This document shows, piece by piece, positions 41,616 through 51,948 of a stretch of 64,000 nucleotides of DNA. Each line of letters opens with the position of its first letter. The stretch's first letter is position 1. The notes beneath the pieces were generated by a model that made no database searches, was not told where the DNA came from, and saw nothing but the letters and a program-made list of their open reading frames with translations. Source of the stretch: an uncultured Chloroflexia bacterium (GTDB taxonomy: Bacteria; Chloroflexota; UBA6077; JACCZL01). The stretch is taken from contig CAVXYC010000015.1 in NCBI GenBank assembly GCA_963765765.1, positions 224,001 to 288,000 of the forward strand, read 5' to 3'. Position numbers and translations under genes: made by a program.

Positions 41616-42167
41616 GTGCCCTGGTACGAATTTACATTTCGCATTTATCTTCACGTCTTAAGTAAGTACTTTAAATTCTCAGGCCGATCCGGCCGGTCTG
41701 AATTCTGGGGCTTTACACTTGCCAATGTCATTGTCCTCGTCGTAATTCTCATTGCCGAGAGATTGACCGGGTTAGACCATCTGATGGTGAGCCCTCTTGA
41801 CCTCTACTGGACTCTAGTAGCGATACCGATTATTGCCCTGGCGGTTCGCAGACTGCACGACATTGGGAAATCGGGCTGGTGGTACTTGATTACCCTCATA
41901 CCTATCATCGGCACGCTAGTATTGCTTATCTGGTCTGCTAGGGACTCGGAGCCCCAGGCAAACCGGTTTGGGGAGCGACCTAAAGCGCCTTTTCCACCGC
42001 CGCCGACATTCGAACGATTCGAGATCGTGGCGGAGCTCCTGGCGTTCCTATGGACACAACGACTCTGGTGGATGATTCCGCTCGTTCTCGTAATGCTGCT
42101 TTTCCTGGGGATCATTGCATTTGCCAATGCGACTGCCCTGGGTCCATTCATCTACCCCCTCATCTAG
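41616..42167 (+). CDS. DUF805 membrane protein fused to a DUF5989/SxtK-like C-terminal module
   Basis: YFKFSGR.GRSEFW, VRRLHDIGKSGWW, NRFG; then ELLAFLW..RLWWMIP...LGPFIYPLI. Confidence 0.75.
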   Translation: MPWYEFTFRIYLHVLSKYFKFSGRSGRSEFWGFTLANVIVLVVILIAERLTGLDHLMVSPLDLYWTLVAIPIIALAVRRLHDIGKSGWWYLITLIPIIGTLVLLIWSARDSEPQANRFGERPKAPFPPPPTFERFEIVAELLAFLWTQRLWWMIPLVLVMLLFLGIIAFANATALGPFIYPLI

Positions 42168-42557
42168 ACATTCCTCGGAAGGAGAAACTTCTAACTGGCA
42201 CACCGACAATTGACACGATGACAGCCTTTCAACGAAGGCCGCTAGATCGACTCGACAGCCGCCCGGCACATATTGCTACGAGCAAAGCGGATCGATTGTG
42301 CACCGGGTTCAGGATCTGGCGAGAAGGCTTATACGCTCCGCTTGAGCTTGCACGGTATGGCAAGCTCGCTGAGCGTTATTGCGTGGTTTCTGGTTTATGA
42401 GCTCGTCGTTGTTTCAACGCGTCTGGTAAGATTATTTTCAAGGTGCTTCAATGTCTCGCCTTGTGCAGGCTGAACGCGCACCCACTGTGCGTGCGCTCGC
42501 ATATCCTTGCCCTGCCCGCGATACACCTCACACCTCCCGCAGACCGGAGTTTTCCCC

Positions 42558-43652
42558 GTGACGACTGATCGTTCGCGCCGGGTCATCATGTTGATCGACT
42601 ATGATAATTTGCAGATTTGTGCGAGCCGCGATGCTCCGGGCACAGATCTAGACCTCCACGCGGTCATGGAGCTCGCACAGAGCTACGGCACCGTGGTTGT
42701 GGCTCGCGCGTATGCCGAGTGGAATATGGCGGCTGAGCGGCTTGCCGTGTACAAGGCCGGCATTGAGCCAATCTTCGCCCCAGTACTTCGCACCGATAGC
42801 CGCGGACGGGTAGAAGGCAAGAGCCTCTGCGATACTGTCATGGTTGCCGAAGGTGTGGACCTCCTCTGGACTCTTCAGCCGGACGTCCTCGTCCTGGTCA
42901 CGTCCGACAAAGATCTCATACCTCTAGCTCGCGTCGCGCGGCAGCGCGGTGCATCAGTGGTCGTGATCGGTAGTGACCTCACCGCGGTTCAGCTCGTTGA
43001 GATGTGCAACGTGCTCATTACTTATCGGCAACTTCTGAAGGACCTGGGCAAAACACCTGACGCTGCTCCTCCATCCACGCCCTCACGCGGTACGCGAGAT
43101 CGTGGACGCGGAATCGCAGATCGCGCGGCGCAAGAGCGAGAGCGGCCACCAGAGCGGGCGCCGATTCGGAGCCCGCGAGATCGGGAACGTGATCGAGATA
43201 GAGAGCGAGAGCGCGACGTCGCACCGATTGCAGCTTCCTTCCCCGCGCCGGTTGTTAGCAATGAGCCCGCAGTCGCTGCGCCTGAACCCTTGGGTGACGA
43301 ATTCCCTCGCGGGGACGAGCCCGGCTCTGACGAGTCGCCATTGGCCCGACGCCGACGTCGACGCCGCGGCCGGTCCCGTATTGAAGATGCTGGCGCCGAT
43401 GGCGCGGACTCCGGCGATCCCGGTGACATCGTGGAAGCGAATGGCAACGGCCAGGACTCAGCCGTTGCCGAATACGTCCCGACGACAGAGATTGTCGAGA
43501 ACTCGGCGGTGGATGGACAGGTGGACGTTGCTCCTGTAGCGGAGCTCGCCGAAGTGGATGCGCCCGCGCCGCGAGCGCCTCGACGCAGACGCCGTACACC
43601 CGCTGCCGCCGCTGTAGCAGAGCCAGCGGAAGATACAAGCTCCGAGACTTGA
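42558..43652 (+). CDS. NYN/LabA-DUF88 domain protein with disordered charged C-terminus
   Basis: LIDYDNL, RAYAEW, KSLCD, LVTSDKD. Confidence 0.85.
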   Translation: MTTDRSRRVIMLIDYDNLQICASRDAPGTDLDLHAVMELAQSYGTVVVARAYAEWNMAAERLAVYKAGIEPIFAPVLRTDSRGRVEGKSLCDTVMVAEGVDLLWTLQPDVLVLVTSDKDLIPLARVARQRGASVVVIGSDLTAVQLVEMCNVLITYRQLLKDLGKTPDAAPPSTPSRGTRDRGRGIADRAAQERERPPERAPIRSPRDRERDRDRERERDVAPIAASFPAPVVSNEPAVAAPEPLGDEFPRGDEPGSDESPLARRRRRRRGRSRIEDAGADGADSGDPGDIVEANGNGQDSAVAEYVPTTEIVENSAVDGQVDVAPVAELAEVDAPAPRAPRRRRRTPAAAAVAEPAEDTSSET

Positions 43653-45583
43653 TTCGCGCGGCTTCCACGGCCGCGCTTGCCATTGTTCCAACGATCGCGG
43701 TATTCGCCGCGTATGTTGGGACAATGGCGCCTGGACTCCTCGGCGGTGATGCCGGGGAGCTCCAGTTCGTATCTCCAATTCTTAGCCTGACTCATCCCAC
43801 CGGATACCCGTTTCTGGTTCTAGTTAACCACTTCTGGGGACAGGTGATCCCGTTCGGTAGCGTGGCCTGGCGGCTGACCTTGCTCAATGCCCTTTTCGCG
43901 GCGTCTGCTGTCGGGGTTCTCATTCTGATAGGACGATTTCTCACTCAGTCAGCCATTGCAAGCGTTGCGGGCGCACTCTTTCTGGCTTTTTCACCGATCT
44001 ACTGGTCGCAAGCGACAGGCAGCGACAAGTACACGCTCAATGCGTTGTTTCTTGGCCTTGTCCTACTCGCCGCGCTTTATTGGAGCAAGAACCCAGGAAA
44101 CCAGAGACTGAGTCTTCTGGCGTTTGTCTATGGCCTAAGTCTGACGAACCATCGCTCCATGCTTCTGGCTGCTCCTGGACTCCTGGTATTCATTCTTGCC
44201 AACGGATGGCGGCCCAGCTCGAACTTACTCCGGCCAGCGTTGTTTCTGCTTCTACCACTTGCGTTGTATCTCTACGTTCCCTGGGCGGGCGCGCGTGGGC
44301 TACCGCCAGGAACGTGGCCCGTCAGTACCCCCGGTGAGCTGATGGAGTTCTTTCTGGATCGCGGTTACACCAGCCAGATCCAGTTCCACGATGGATCAGT
44401 GGCAAGGCTTGTGGAGTTCGCTAGCGTATCCATACGTCAGGTTGGGGTGGCGGGAATCCTACTGGGTGTCCTGGGTGCAGGGTTGTTGCTCAGAAGTCAG
44501 CCACGTTTTTTCCTTCTCGTCCTGCTCATTTTCATCCCCAGTGTGCTGACGGCCGCCAATTACCTTCTCCCGTCGAACTACGCCATACCGCGTTACTGGG
44601 TTTTTTTCATCCCGGCTTATGTGTGCTGGGCCGTCTTCATCAGCGCCGGGGTGCAATTACTGCTGATGCTCGCGAGCAGTGGGCGTCCTGCGTCGAAACT
44701 AGGCATGATCCCATCAGCGATTATTGGCCTGCTGGTGCTGGCGGGAGGGGCCCTGGTCTGGGCTCCCGCCGGTATCGCCCAGGCTCGGGCGCATCGCTCC
44801 GCTGAGACGCTTGACGGATATCGACAGGACCTCCAACGGGGTTATCTGGCTGATCGCTTTGCAAGGCTTTCACTGAAGGAATCCGCTGCGAACGGCATCA
44901 TCGTGGGAGATTGGGAGCAGTCCACGGCTCTCTGGTATCTGCAGTACGTGGAGGGCGCGAGACACGACGTCCTAGTGCGCTACCCAATGGAGCGTCTGGA
45001 AGAGACGCTCAACGACCAGACGCTCGCCCTTCGGCCCGTGTACATTACGCGAGCGTTGCCTGGCGTGGAGCGTCTCGGTCCAACGTCCGCCTTTGGTCCG
45101 TTGGTTCAGGTGCGGGCTCAGCCCGGTGATCCTCCGGTGACCCCTCAGTTGGAAGCGGACGCAAGTCTTGGTGACACCGCGCGCCTCGTCGGAGTGACTT
45201 ATCTGGCCGATGACGTGCGAGTGGGTGGTGTCCTCCCACTCGTGCTGTACTGGCAAGCGTTGGAGGCGAGTCGCGAGGATGCGTCAGTGTCAGTGCGGCT
45301 CGTCAACAGCTCCGGGGACGATGTGGCGCAGAGTGACGTCCCGCAACCAGTCCTCGGAACGTCCCCGATGCGTCTCTGGAGTCCCGGGGCCGTCATTGGA
45401 GATTATCACGAGCTTGCCGTGAGTAATCGACTGGCTCCCGGCGAGTACCGAGTTGAGGTAATGTTGTATCGCGGACCGACCGCGGCGCCATTAGCCGTCA
45501 CCGGCAGGAATGCAAGCGAGCGCGGCGAGCGCGCGAGGCTACCTGTGATTCAAGTTCGAAGCCAACATCTCAGCACTCCGTAG
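43649..45583 (+). CDS. DUF2723 (TMEM260-like) membrane glycosyltransferase
   Basis: GDAGEL, HPTGYP, YWSQA, YTLN, GLSLTNH, LYLYVP; C-terminal L.LYWQ domain. Confidence 0.82.
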   Translation: MIRAASTAALAIVPTIAVFAAYVGTMAPGLLGGDAGELQFVSPILSLTHPTGYPFLVLVNHFWGQVIPFGSVAWRLTLLNALFAASAVGVLILIGRFLTQSAIASVAGALFLAFSPIYWSQATGSDKYTLNALFLGLVLLAALYWSKNPGNQRLSLLAFVYGLSLTNHRSMLLAAPGLLVFILANGWRPSSNLLRPALFLLLPLALYLYVPWAGARGLPPGTWPVSTPGELMEFFLDRGYTSQIQFHDGSVARLVEFASVSIRQVGVAGILLGVLGAGLLLRSQPRFFLLVLLIFIPSVLTAANYLLPSNYAIPRYWVFFIPAYVCWAVFISAGVQLLLMLASSGRPASKLGMIPSAIIGLLVLAGGALVWAPAGIAQARAHRSAETLDGYRQDLQRGYLADRFARLSLKESAANGIIVGDWEQSTALWYLQYVEGARHDVLVRYPMERLEETLNDQTLALRPVYITRALPGVERLGPTSAFGPLVQVRAQPGDPPVTPQLEADASLGDTARLVGVTYLADDVRVGGVLPLVLYWQALEASREDASVSVRLVNSSGDDVAQSDVPQPVLGTSPMRLWSPGAVIGDYHELAVSNRLAPGEYRVEVMLYRGPTAAPLAVTGRNASERGERARLPVIQVRSQHLSTP

Positions 45584-45702
45584 GGGTGCTGGGTCCGAGC
45601 GCGCGGAGTGCCGCTTCCCAAACTCCCGTCTCGGGACGAGTGAGATGTCGAGACATGGCACGCTACCTCGTGCGCTTCGCACCGCTCTACGGACCTTCGG
45701 CT

Positions 45703-46278
45703 CTACGCGGGCACTGCCTCGTCGCCGCTTGCTTTCTCGCGAGTGATGGGCTTGGCCGTATTCACGTAGACATTTCCGTTCTGAATTGCCAGTTCAAACC
45801 GATCCATCGGCCGTGGAGCGGGTCCGGCTACGATCTGACCGTAGCGGTTGTAAATGGATCCGTGGCAGGGGCAATTGAAACGGCCCTTGTCCGCATATCC
45901 CGTATCACCGTCCATAACGGGATCATCAGGCTTCCATGGAACCGTGCACCCCAGGTGCGGGCACTTCCACCAGAGCGCAAGGAAGCCTTCCGGAACATGT
46001 GTGAGATAAAACTTTCCTTCACGAACGTTCTTGACCTCGCCAACAGCCACCAATGCCGCGGGACCGGCATTGAGAATGCCTCCGAAGGCACCCACTTTCT
46101 TCGGCCAGAAGAAGCTGAGAAAGGCGGTAGCTTGCTGTCCTAATGTTGCCAGGATAGCTCCCCATGCCGCCCATCGCAGCACGAGCCGACGGGACGGCCC
46201 TTTGCCCTTCTGGGCTTCGGCCAAATGTTCACCTTCCTCACGGGGGAAGAAGATACCCTCGGCCGCGTTCTGTGCCAT
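45703..46278 (-). CDS. Rieske 2Fe-2S subunit of a Rieske/cytochrome b complex
   Basis: SRR twin-arginine-like TM anchor, CPHLGC and CPCHGS, GPAPRPM. Confidence 0.93.
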   Translation of the reverse strand: MAQNAAEGIFFPREEGEHLAEAQKGKGPSRRLVLRWAAWGAILATLGQQATAFLSFFWPKKVGAFGGILNAGPAALVAVGEVKNVREGKFYLTHVPEGFLALWWKCPHLGCTVPWKPDDPVMDGDTGYADKGRFNCPCHGSIYNRYGQIVAGPAPRPMDRFELAIQNGNVYVNTAKPITREKASGDEAVPA

Positions 46279-46325
46279 GAATCCTCCAGAGATCTATTGC
46301 GCTTGATGCGAAGTTTGTCGGTACG

Positions 46326-47147
46326 TCATTCGACGCGCTGTTGATGTGGGTCCCACGGCCAGTAGAGATGCATTCCCTGACCACGGAAAAACGTCCCTGA
46401 GATGGTCAGGATAATGAACGTCACAAAGAATCCGGTGAATAAACAGATCATCCAATCGCGGGTAGTCACCGGCTTATAGATCAAGTGTATCAGCCAGCAG
46501 AGCACCGCTATCGGTGCGAGCATCAGGAACGTGGGCACGAGAATGTCGACTACAACTGGAGCACTGAAGATTGGATTGCCCGTCATCTCCGACAATGTCT
46601 TCATGAGCGGCTTCACGCCGACAAACTCATCGAAGAGGATCAAAAGCACCAGAACCACGCTGGTGAAGATCGTTGTGAACCAAATGATGGGCTTGGCCTT
46701 ATCCGTGCCCGACCATTTCCCCATATCACGAGGGTCGCGGTCGATGTACGGAATGATGGCAATGAGCGCCAGAGCGGCGGACGGAACGATCACCCCAGCA
46801 AGCGCCGGATGCATGTGTAGCAGCAGTTCCTGAAGATTCAGGAAGTACCAGGGCGCTTTCGACGGGTTTGGCGTTCTATCAGGGTTGGCGTGCCCCTCGA
46901 GCGGCGCATTGACGACCATGCCTAATGCCACGAGCGAGAGCGTCATCACCAGGGCGGCCACGAACTCGATGATGACCAGGTGGGGCCACACGTAAACGAG
47001 TGCCTCGACTTGTTCTTTGATACCGCCCTGCGGCGCCGGATCACGGCGTACTGCAGTTGCCACACGCGCACGCTGCTCAGCGTTTAGCGCCGGACGCCCC
47101 GCGCCGTTTCCATTCGCTTGTCCTTCGGGCGGTAGTTCAGTGGCCAC
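46326..47147 (-). CDS. Cytochrome b C-terminal part / subunit IV-like protein
   Basis: WPHL, ANPDRTPNPSKAPWYF, IPYIDR. Confidence 0.88.
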   Translation of the reverse strand: MATELPPEGQANGNGAGRPALNAEQRARVATAVRRDPAPQGGIKEQVEALVYVWPHLVIIEFVAALVMTLSLVALGMVVNAPLEGHANPDRTPNPSKAPWYFLNLQELLLHMHPALAGVIVPSAALALIAIIPYIDRDPRDMGKWSGTDKAKPIIWFTTIFTSVVLVLLILFDEFVGVKPLMKTLSEMTGNPIFSAPVVVDILVPTFLMLAPIAVLCWLIHLIYKPVTTRDWMICLFTGFFVTFIILTISGTFFRGQGMHLYWPWDPHQQRVE

Positions 47148-47177
47148 GTATGCCTCCGTGATTCATTGACAGGCCGC

Positions 47178-47936
47178 CTAGAGCGGGCCGGATATGCCGC
47201 CATCCTTGCGCACCCGCCAGAAGTGCACGGTGATGAACACCGCGGTCAGCAGCGGCAGGGCAATGACGTGTAGGACGTACCAGCGGATAAGTGTATTGTC
47301 GCCGATCTCGAATCCGCCGATAAGCGCGAACTTCACCTGATCTCCAATGACCGGAGTCGCGCCGGCCATGTTCGTGCCTACGGTCACAGCCCAGATTGCG
47401 AGCTGGTCCCAGGGCAGCAGATAACCGGTGAAGCTCAGTAGGAACGTCAGGGTCAGCAGAATGACGCCGACAACCCAGTTGAACTCTCTCGGGGGCCTGT
47501 ATGCGCCCGTGTAGAAGACTCGACACATGTGCAGGAACACGGTAATGACCATTCCATGAGCGGAGTATCTGTGGACATTGCGCAACAACATGCCGAATGT
47601 CACGACGGTTTCAAGGTCCTTCATGTCCTGGTACGCCACGGCTGTTGCCGGGCGGTAATAGAACATGAGCAAAACGCCTGTGACCGTAAGTAATAGGAAC
47701 AGAAAGAAGGAAAGGCCGCCCAAGCAGAACGTGTAAGTGATCTTCAGACTCTCTCGTCGCATCCGCACGGGGTGCAGATGGAGAAAGACGTTGTTGAACA
47801 TCATCAAGGCCTGGTTCCGAGGAGTGCTCGGATACCCGTGACGGAAGACACTGCGGAATACGCGGTTCCCGGTCAGCGCACGGCGGTAATTGCCTTGTTT
47901 GATGTCGTCTATAAACGGCTTGAACTCGTCAATCAC
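47178..47936 (-). CDS. Cytochrome b6-type N-terminal subunit
   Basis: FCLGG, four heme-b histidines, [10 protein letters not shown], terminal GISGPL. Confidence 0.93.
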   Translation of the reverse strand: MIDEFKPFIDDIKQGNYRRALTGNRVFRSVFRHGYPSTPRNQALMMFNNVFLHLHPVRMRRESLKITYTFCLGGLSFFLFLLLTVTGVLLMFYYRPATAVAYQDMKDLETVVTFGMLLRNVHRYSAHGMVITVFLHMCRVFYTGAYRPPREFNWVVGVILLTLTFLLSFTGYLLPWDQLAIWAVTVGTNMAGATPVIGDQVKFALIGGFEIGDNTLIRWYVLHVIALPLLTAVFITVHFWRVRKDGGISGPL

Positions 47937-48002
47937 GCTGCACCTCGCAGCCTGTTTTTCGAATAAATCAACGTGGGCATGCCTCGGCCTTTATGCAAAC
48001 CG

Positions 48003-48031
48003 AGGCTATCAAAGCCCCTGGGTGATGTCAA
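48003..48031 (-). promoter_or_regulatory. Sigma70-type promoter for the cytochrome b operon
   Basis: Minus strand TTGACA-17 bp-TAGCCT. Confidence 0.6.
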
Positions 48032-48122
48032 CGAGACTATTGATAGACGCACCGCGATTTCAGCACGCCAATTGACAATTTCGATGCATCGATTGGTGGC
48101 CCTTCTGAACAATGTTCCAACA

Positions 48123-49892
48123 TCATCGGGGCCGAGCCTCGAGCCCCCCACGGTCGAACCGATTGGTGGGATCCCAGAGCATCCAACCGACCCCACCAGC
48201 TTCGTCGGAGCCCCGAATCTGCGCGCGGATTTCCGCGGTATCGTAGCGGCGTCTGGTTTGCCAGGGGTAGTCATCGAAATACTGCAGCCACGGACGAATT
48301 AGAGTTCGTTGCCCTTCCACCTTCGCCACGGCGCGCCGCACCGTTTCATTGACCGTACGCTGCGGCTCTCCGACAACCGCGGGAAAGCTCAACAGTCCAG
48401 GAAGTCCAGCGGCGAAGGTAGACGGATAGACCATGGGACAGATGAAATCCACATGCGGGGCCAGGTACTCCAGTGCCTGTCCAATGCCAAGGTCACCGTC
48501 ATCCCACGGCGTGTAACCGAAGGTGTCTATTCCCAGAAATGCCCCATGCCGATGCACTGCCGGGCGGGCACGTTGGAGGAACTCGGCGATGGCGCCTACT
48601 CGAGACTCGGGTGTCACATCCTCAGAATATTTCGCGGCGGAAACACTGCCGCCGCGACTTGGATCGGTGGGAAATCGTATGTAGTCGAACTGAACCTCGT
48701 CGAACCCCACCTTCGCGGCCTCCTCCGCCAGCGCAATGTTGTAGTCCCAGGCCTCCGTTCGGAATGGATCTACCCAGGCCAGTCCCTCGCCATCCACCCA
48801 CACGTCGTTGCTGCGCGAATCACGTATGGCTACGTCCACGCCGGCGCCCGGACCGTTGCGGGCGAGACGATCGTCCTTGAACACGACGATCCGCGCAATT
48901 GTGTAAATGCCTTGCTGGCGGTAATCGTTGAGCAGCCCTTGAATGTCAGGGATGGTTGTTGCGCTGGCGGCTCCGATGGCTTCTGCCAGTGGGACTGAAG
49001 ATTTGTACGAGAGATTACCGCGATCACCCTTCACATCGATCACGATCGCATTTGCTTCGGTTTCCCTGAGCAAGCGATCCACGTTGCCGCGTAATGTCTG
49101 GTCCGCCACTGCGTAAATTGTTAGATAGAGACCGCGGACAGCGCGCGGGCGCATTTCGACACGCTGGACGTCCGTTCTCGGCGAAAACGATTGGCGATCG
49201 AAACCAGGCGCCAGTATCCAGTGATCGCCGGAAGGCACCAAACCAGCCGGTACAGCGCCTGAGGAATCAACGGCCATTTCCCGCTCCTTCGAGGCAACGA
49301 TGGCGGACTGGATGGGCTCTTGGGTACGGGCATTTGTGATGATTGCTGCCGGTTGACGGTTGAGATACACCGTTGTTTCGCCATCTGTGGCGGATATTCG
49401 TTGGGGATTGAAACCGGGAGCACGCACCGTGAGCTCGGAGCCAGTTGCCGGCCACACTCTGAACTCGCCGAGTCCTACCCGACTCAACATCAAATCGGCC
49501 TGAATGGCTGCATCGGCCAGTGGCTCATCGGAGCCATTTGCACGCACGACGATGGAAGCGGTGAGCGGCTCAAGTGAAAGGCTTCGGTCGCCCATGGGAG
49601 GGGCTTGCAGCGTTGCGGATCGGTATCCAGGCGCAGTCACCTCAAGCTGACGCGCGGCCCTCGAAAATGGTACGTGAGCTTCGCCCTTGGAGCCCTGATA
49701 GCTCGATCCACCCTCATCCACCACGTTAAATCGCACGAGTGGCTCACCCGAATATTGATCCACGACGCGAACGATGGTGCCGGCTCCGGCCATGTGCACC
49801 ATGCCGCCGACCAACAAAGAGCAGAGCGATGCATGGCGAATCCAGCGCGGCAGTGGATGTTCGGTTATCTGAGTAGGTGCAATCGTCTGCAC
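48123..49892 (-). CDS. Putative glycoside hydrolase (DUF4015) with N-terminal beta-sandwich repeats; start uncertain
   Basis: NAIVIDVK, IARIVVFKD, GFDEVQFDYIRFP, CPMVYPS, RPWLQ. Confidence 0.85.
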   Translation of the reverse strand: MQTIAPTQITEHPLPRWIRHASLCSLLVGGMVHMAGAGTIVRVVDQYSGEPLVRFNVVDEGGSSYQGSKGEAHVPFSRAARQLEVTAPGYRSATLQAPPMGDRSLSLEPLTASIVVRANGSDEPLADAAIQADLMLSRVGLGEFRVWPATGSELTVRAPGFNPQRISATDGETTVYLNRQPAAIITNARTQEPIQSAIVASKEREMAVDSSGAVPAGLVPSGDHWILAPGFDRQSFSPRTDVQRVEMRPRAVRGLYLTIYAVADQTLRGNVDRLLRETEANAIVIDVKGDRGNLSYKSSVPLAEAIGAASATTIPDIQGLLNDYRQQGIYTIARIVVFKDDRLARNGPGAGVDVAIRDSRSNDVWVDGEGLAWVDPFRTEAWDYNIALAEEAAKVGFDEVQFDYIRFPTDPSRGGSVSAAKYSEDVTPESRVGAIAEFLQRARPAVHRHGAFLGIDTFGYTPWDDGDLGIGQALEYLAPHVDFICPMVYPSTFAAGLPGLLSFPAVVGEPQRTVNETVRRAVAKVEGQRTLIRPWLQYFDDYPWQTRRRYDTAEIRAQIRGSDEAGGVGWMLWDPTNRFDRGGLEARPR

Positions 49893-50039
49893 AGCGAGTC
49901 CCACTAAGCAGACTGGTTGCCCAGTCTGCCAGTCATTGTAGAGCACGCTATTTTCGGGGCCCTGGTCGCCCGGTCCAAATTGCGGGAGAACCGGGCAATG
50001 CCTGAGGTAACATTCCCGCGAATCCAAGGAGGTCAGACC

Positions 50040-50879
50040 ATGGCGGTCATTACGATCTCACGGCAAGAGGGCAGCCTCGGCGATCAAATAGGACGTGCAC
50101 TGGCGGAAAGGCTGGATTACCGATTTCTCGATAACAGCACGGTGATTGCGGAAGCCCGAAAGTATGGCGGTGAAATTGAGCCTAACGCACCTGAGATTGA
50201 AGAAAAGCAGCCGACGTTCTGGGAGCGTTTAAATGAAGAGCGGCGTCGGCACACCACGATGGTGCGTTCAGCGGTGTACGGACTGGCCCGTCAAGACAAC
50301 CTCGTGATTGTGGGACTCGGCGGTGTCTCACTACTGCGGGATCACAATCACGTGCTCAAAGTCGCCACCGTTGCTCCGATGGACGTGCGCATTGACCGTG
50401 TCTCTCGCATGGGAACCGTGGATCGACCTATCCCGGTGGATCGGGACGAGGCGGCGCGCCTGGTGCGGCGCTCGGATAGGCAGCGTGAGGGCTACCTGCG
50501 CTACATGTTCAATATCGAGTGGCTTGATCCTCAGATCCATGACCTCATCATCAATACCGGTACTCTGAGTCTGGATACCGTGGTGGATGCACTGGCTCAT
50601 CTCGCTCAGCGGCCAGAGCTACGCGCCACGCCCGAGTCGGCGGACAGCCTTGAGAATCTCGCATTGGCCAGTAGAGTTGAGGCTGCATTGGTCAATGACG
50701 CGGGTATTTGGATTCACGGTCTCCGAGTATCGGCCGATCGTTCGAAGGTCACGATCACCGGCGAGGTCATAACGGACGATGATCGCGAGGTCGCCGAGGA
50801 GACCGCGCTGACTGTCGAGGGAGCTCGGCAGGTGGTGAATGAGCTCCGAATTCAGCCTCCGCCGCTAACGGGTATGTAG
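50040..50879 (+). CDS. Cytidylate kinase-like family protein with C-terminal BON domain
   Basis: VITISRQEGSLG, DLIINT, VVNELRI; SD AAGGAGG. Confidence 0.85.
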   Translation: MAVITISRQEGSLGDQIGRALAERLDYRFLDNSTVIAEARKYGGEIEPNAPEIEEKQPTFWERLNEERRRHTTMVRSAVYGLARQDNLVIVGLGGVSLLRDHNHVLKVATVAPMDVRIDRVSRMGTVDRPIPVDRDEAARLVRRSDRQREGYLRYMFNIEWLDPQIHDLIINTGTLSLDTVVDALAHLAQRPELRATPESADSLENLALASRVEAALVNDAGIWIHGLRVSADRSKVTITGEVITDDDREVAEETALTVEGARQVVNELRIQPPPLTGM

Positions 50880-50881
50880 CA

Positions 50882-51886
50882 TTGGGCTGGAGCATCGTTG
50901 GCCATGAGCGCCCGGTGGCGTTACTGGAACGCGCCCTCGTCAGCGATCAGCTTAGCCACGCCTATGTGCTGAGCGGACCGGAAGGCATTGGAAAGCGGAC
51001 ACTTGCGCTTGAGCTGGCGCGTGCAGCGTTGTGTCTCGGAGGAGGTCAAGGTACCGCTCCGTGCGGAGCCTGTCCGAGCTGTTCGCGTGTGAGCACCGAT
51101 AATCACCCCGACCTTCGGATCGTGGAGCTGGACACTGAGCACGTCCAGATCTCACGCAAGGAGATCGGCCAGATCCAGGCTGATGCTTCCCTCAGACCGC
51201 TACTGGGAGAGCGGAAGGTTTACGTGCTGGTCGAGGTTGAGCGGTTGAGCGCCGTTGCTGGCAACCAGCTCTTGAAGCTGCTCGAGGAACCACCACCGGC
51301 GGTCACGTTTGTCCTGACATCAGCGGACATAGGTGCGGTGCTCCCCACCATCATCTCGCGGTGTCAGGTTGTGCGCATGCAGCCAGTCCAGCGTGAGACG
51401 ATTCAGAATCACCTGACCACGCGGCTCGAAGTTGAACCGGAAGTGGCGGAAATCATCGCCGGGGTCGCGGACGGGCGAGTAGGCTGGGCGATTCGCGCTG
51501 GGGCGGACACGAGCCTGCTCGAGGCCCGATCTCAGTCGATTGAGGAGCTGGTCGCGCTCATTGAGTCGGCCCGGCTGGCGCGGCTGCTCAAGTCTCAGGA
51601 GATCGCGGGCCGATGGACCGGCGATCGTGGGCGAGTTATCGACGAGCTGGACTGGTGGGCGCGGGCTCTGCGAGACGCGGCCGTTCTTGCCGCTGCTCCA
51701 TCTCACGATGCCGCCAGTGGAGCCGCCGATATCGTCCGCGTGGCGGGCCGGCTTTCTGCCCGTGAATCGATTGGCGCGGCTCGGGCAGTTCAAGAAACCG
51801 CCCGACTGCTCGAACAGAACGTAAACCCACGACTCGCCCTGGACACGCTGGTACTTGATTTACCGACCGTTGACGCGCGCAATTAG
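50882..51886 (+). CDS. holB: DNA polymerase III subunit delta-prime
   Basis: HAY..SGPEGIGK, CGACPSC, HPD, LLKLLEEPP, LPTIISRCQ. Confidence 0.92.
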   Translation: MGWSIVGHERPVALLERALVSDQLSHAYVLSGPEGIGKRTLALELARAALCLGGGQGTAPCGACPSCSRVSTDNHPDLRIVELDTEHVQISRKEIGQIQADASLRPLLGERKVYVLVEVERLSAVAGNQLLKLLEEPPPAVTFVLTSADIGAVLPTIISRCQVVRMQPVQRETIQNHLTTRLEVEPEVAEIIAGVADGRVGWAIRAGADTSLLEARSQSIEELVALIESARLARLLKSQEIAGRWTGDRGRVIDELDWWARALRDAAVLAAAPSHDAASGAADIVRVAGRLSARESIGAARAVQETARLLEQNVNPRLALDTLVLDLPTVDARN

Positions 51887-51907
51887 CGCGCTGTCAGAGA
51901 ATACGCA

Positions 51908-51948
51908 GGCTTAGATTTTGGCGGTTTCGGCTTAGATTTTGGCGGTTT
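51908..51948. repeat. Tandem duplication, 21-bp period
   Basis: GGCTTAGATTTTGGCGGTTT-c-GGCTTAGATTTTGGCGGTTT. Confidence 0.9.

Noticed and set aside
41616-42167. SxtK-like module as evidence for saxitoxin biosynthesis
   Set aside because: The family is widespread and no other sxt genes are present
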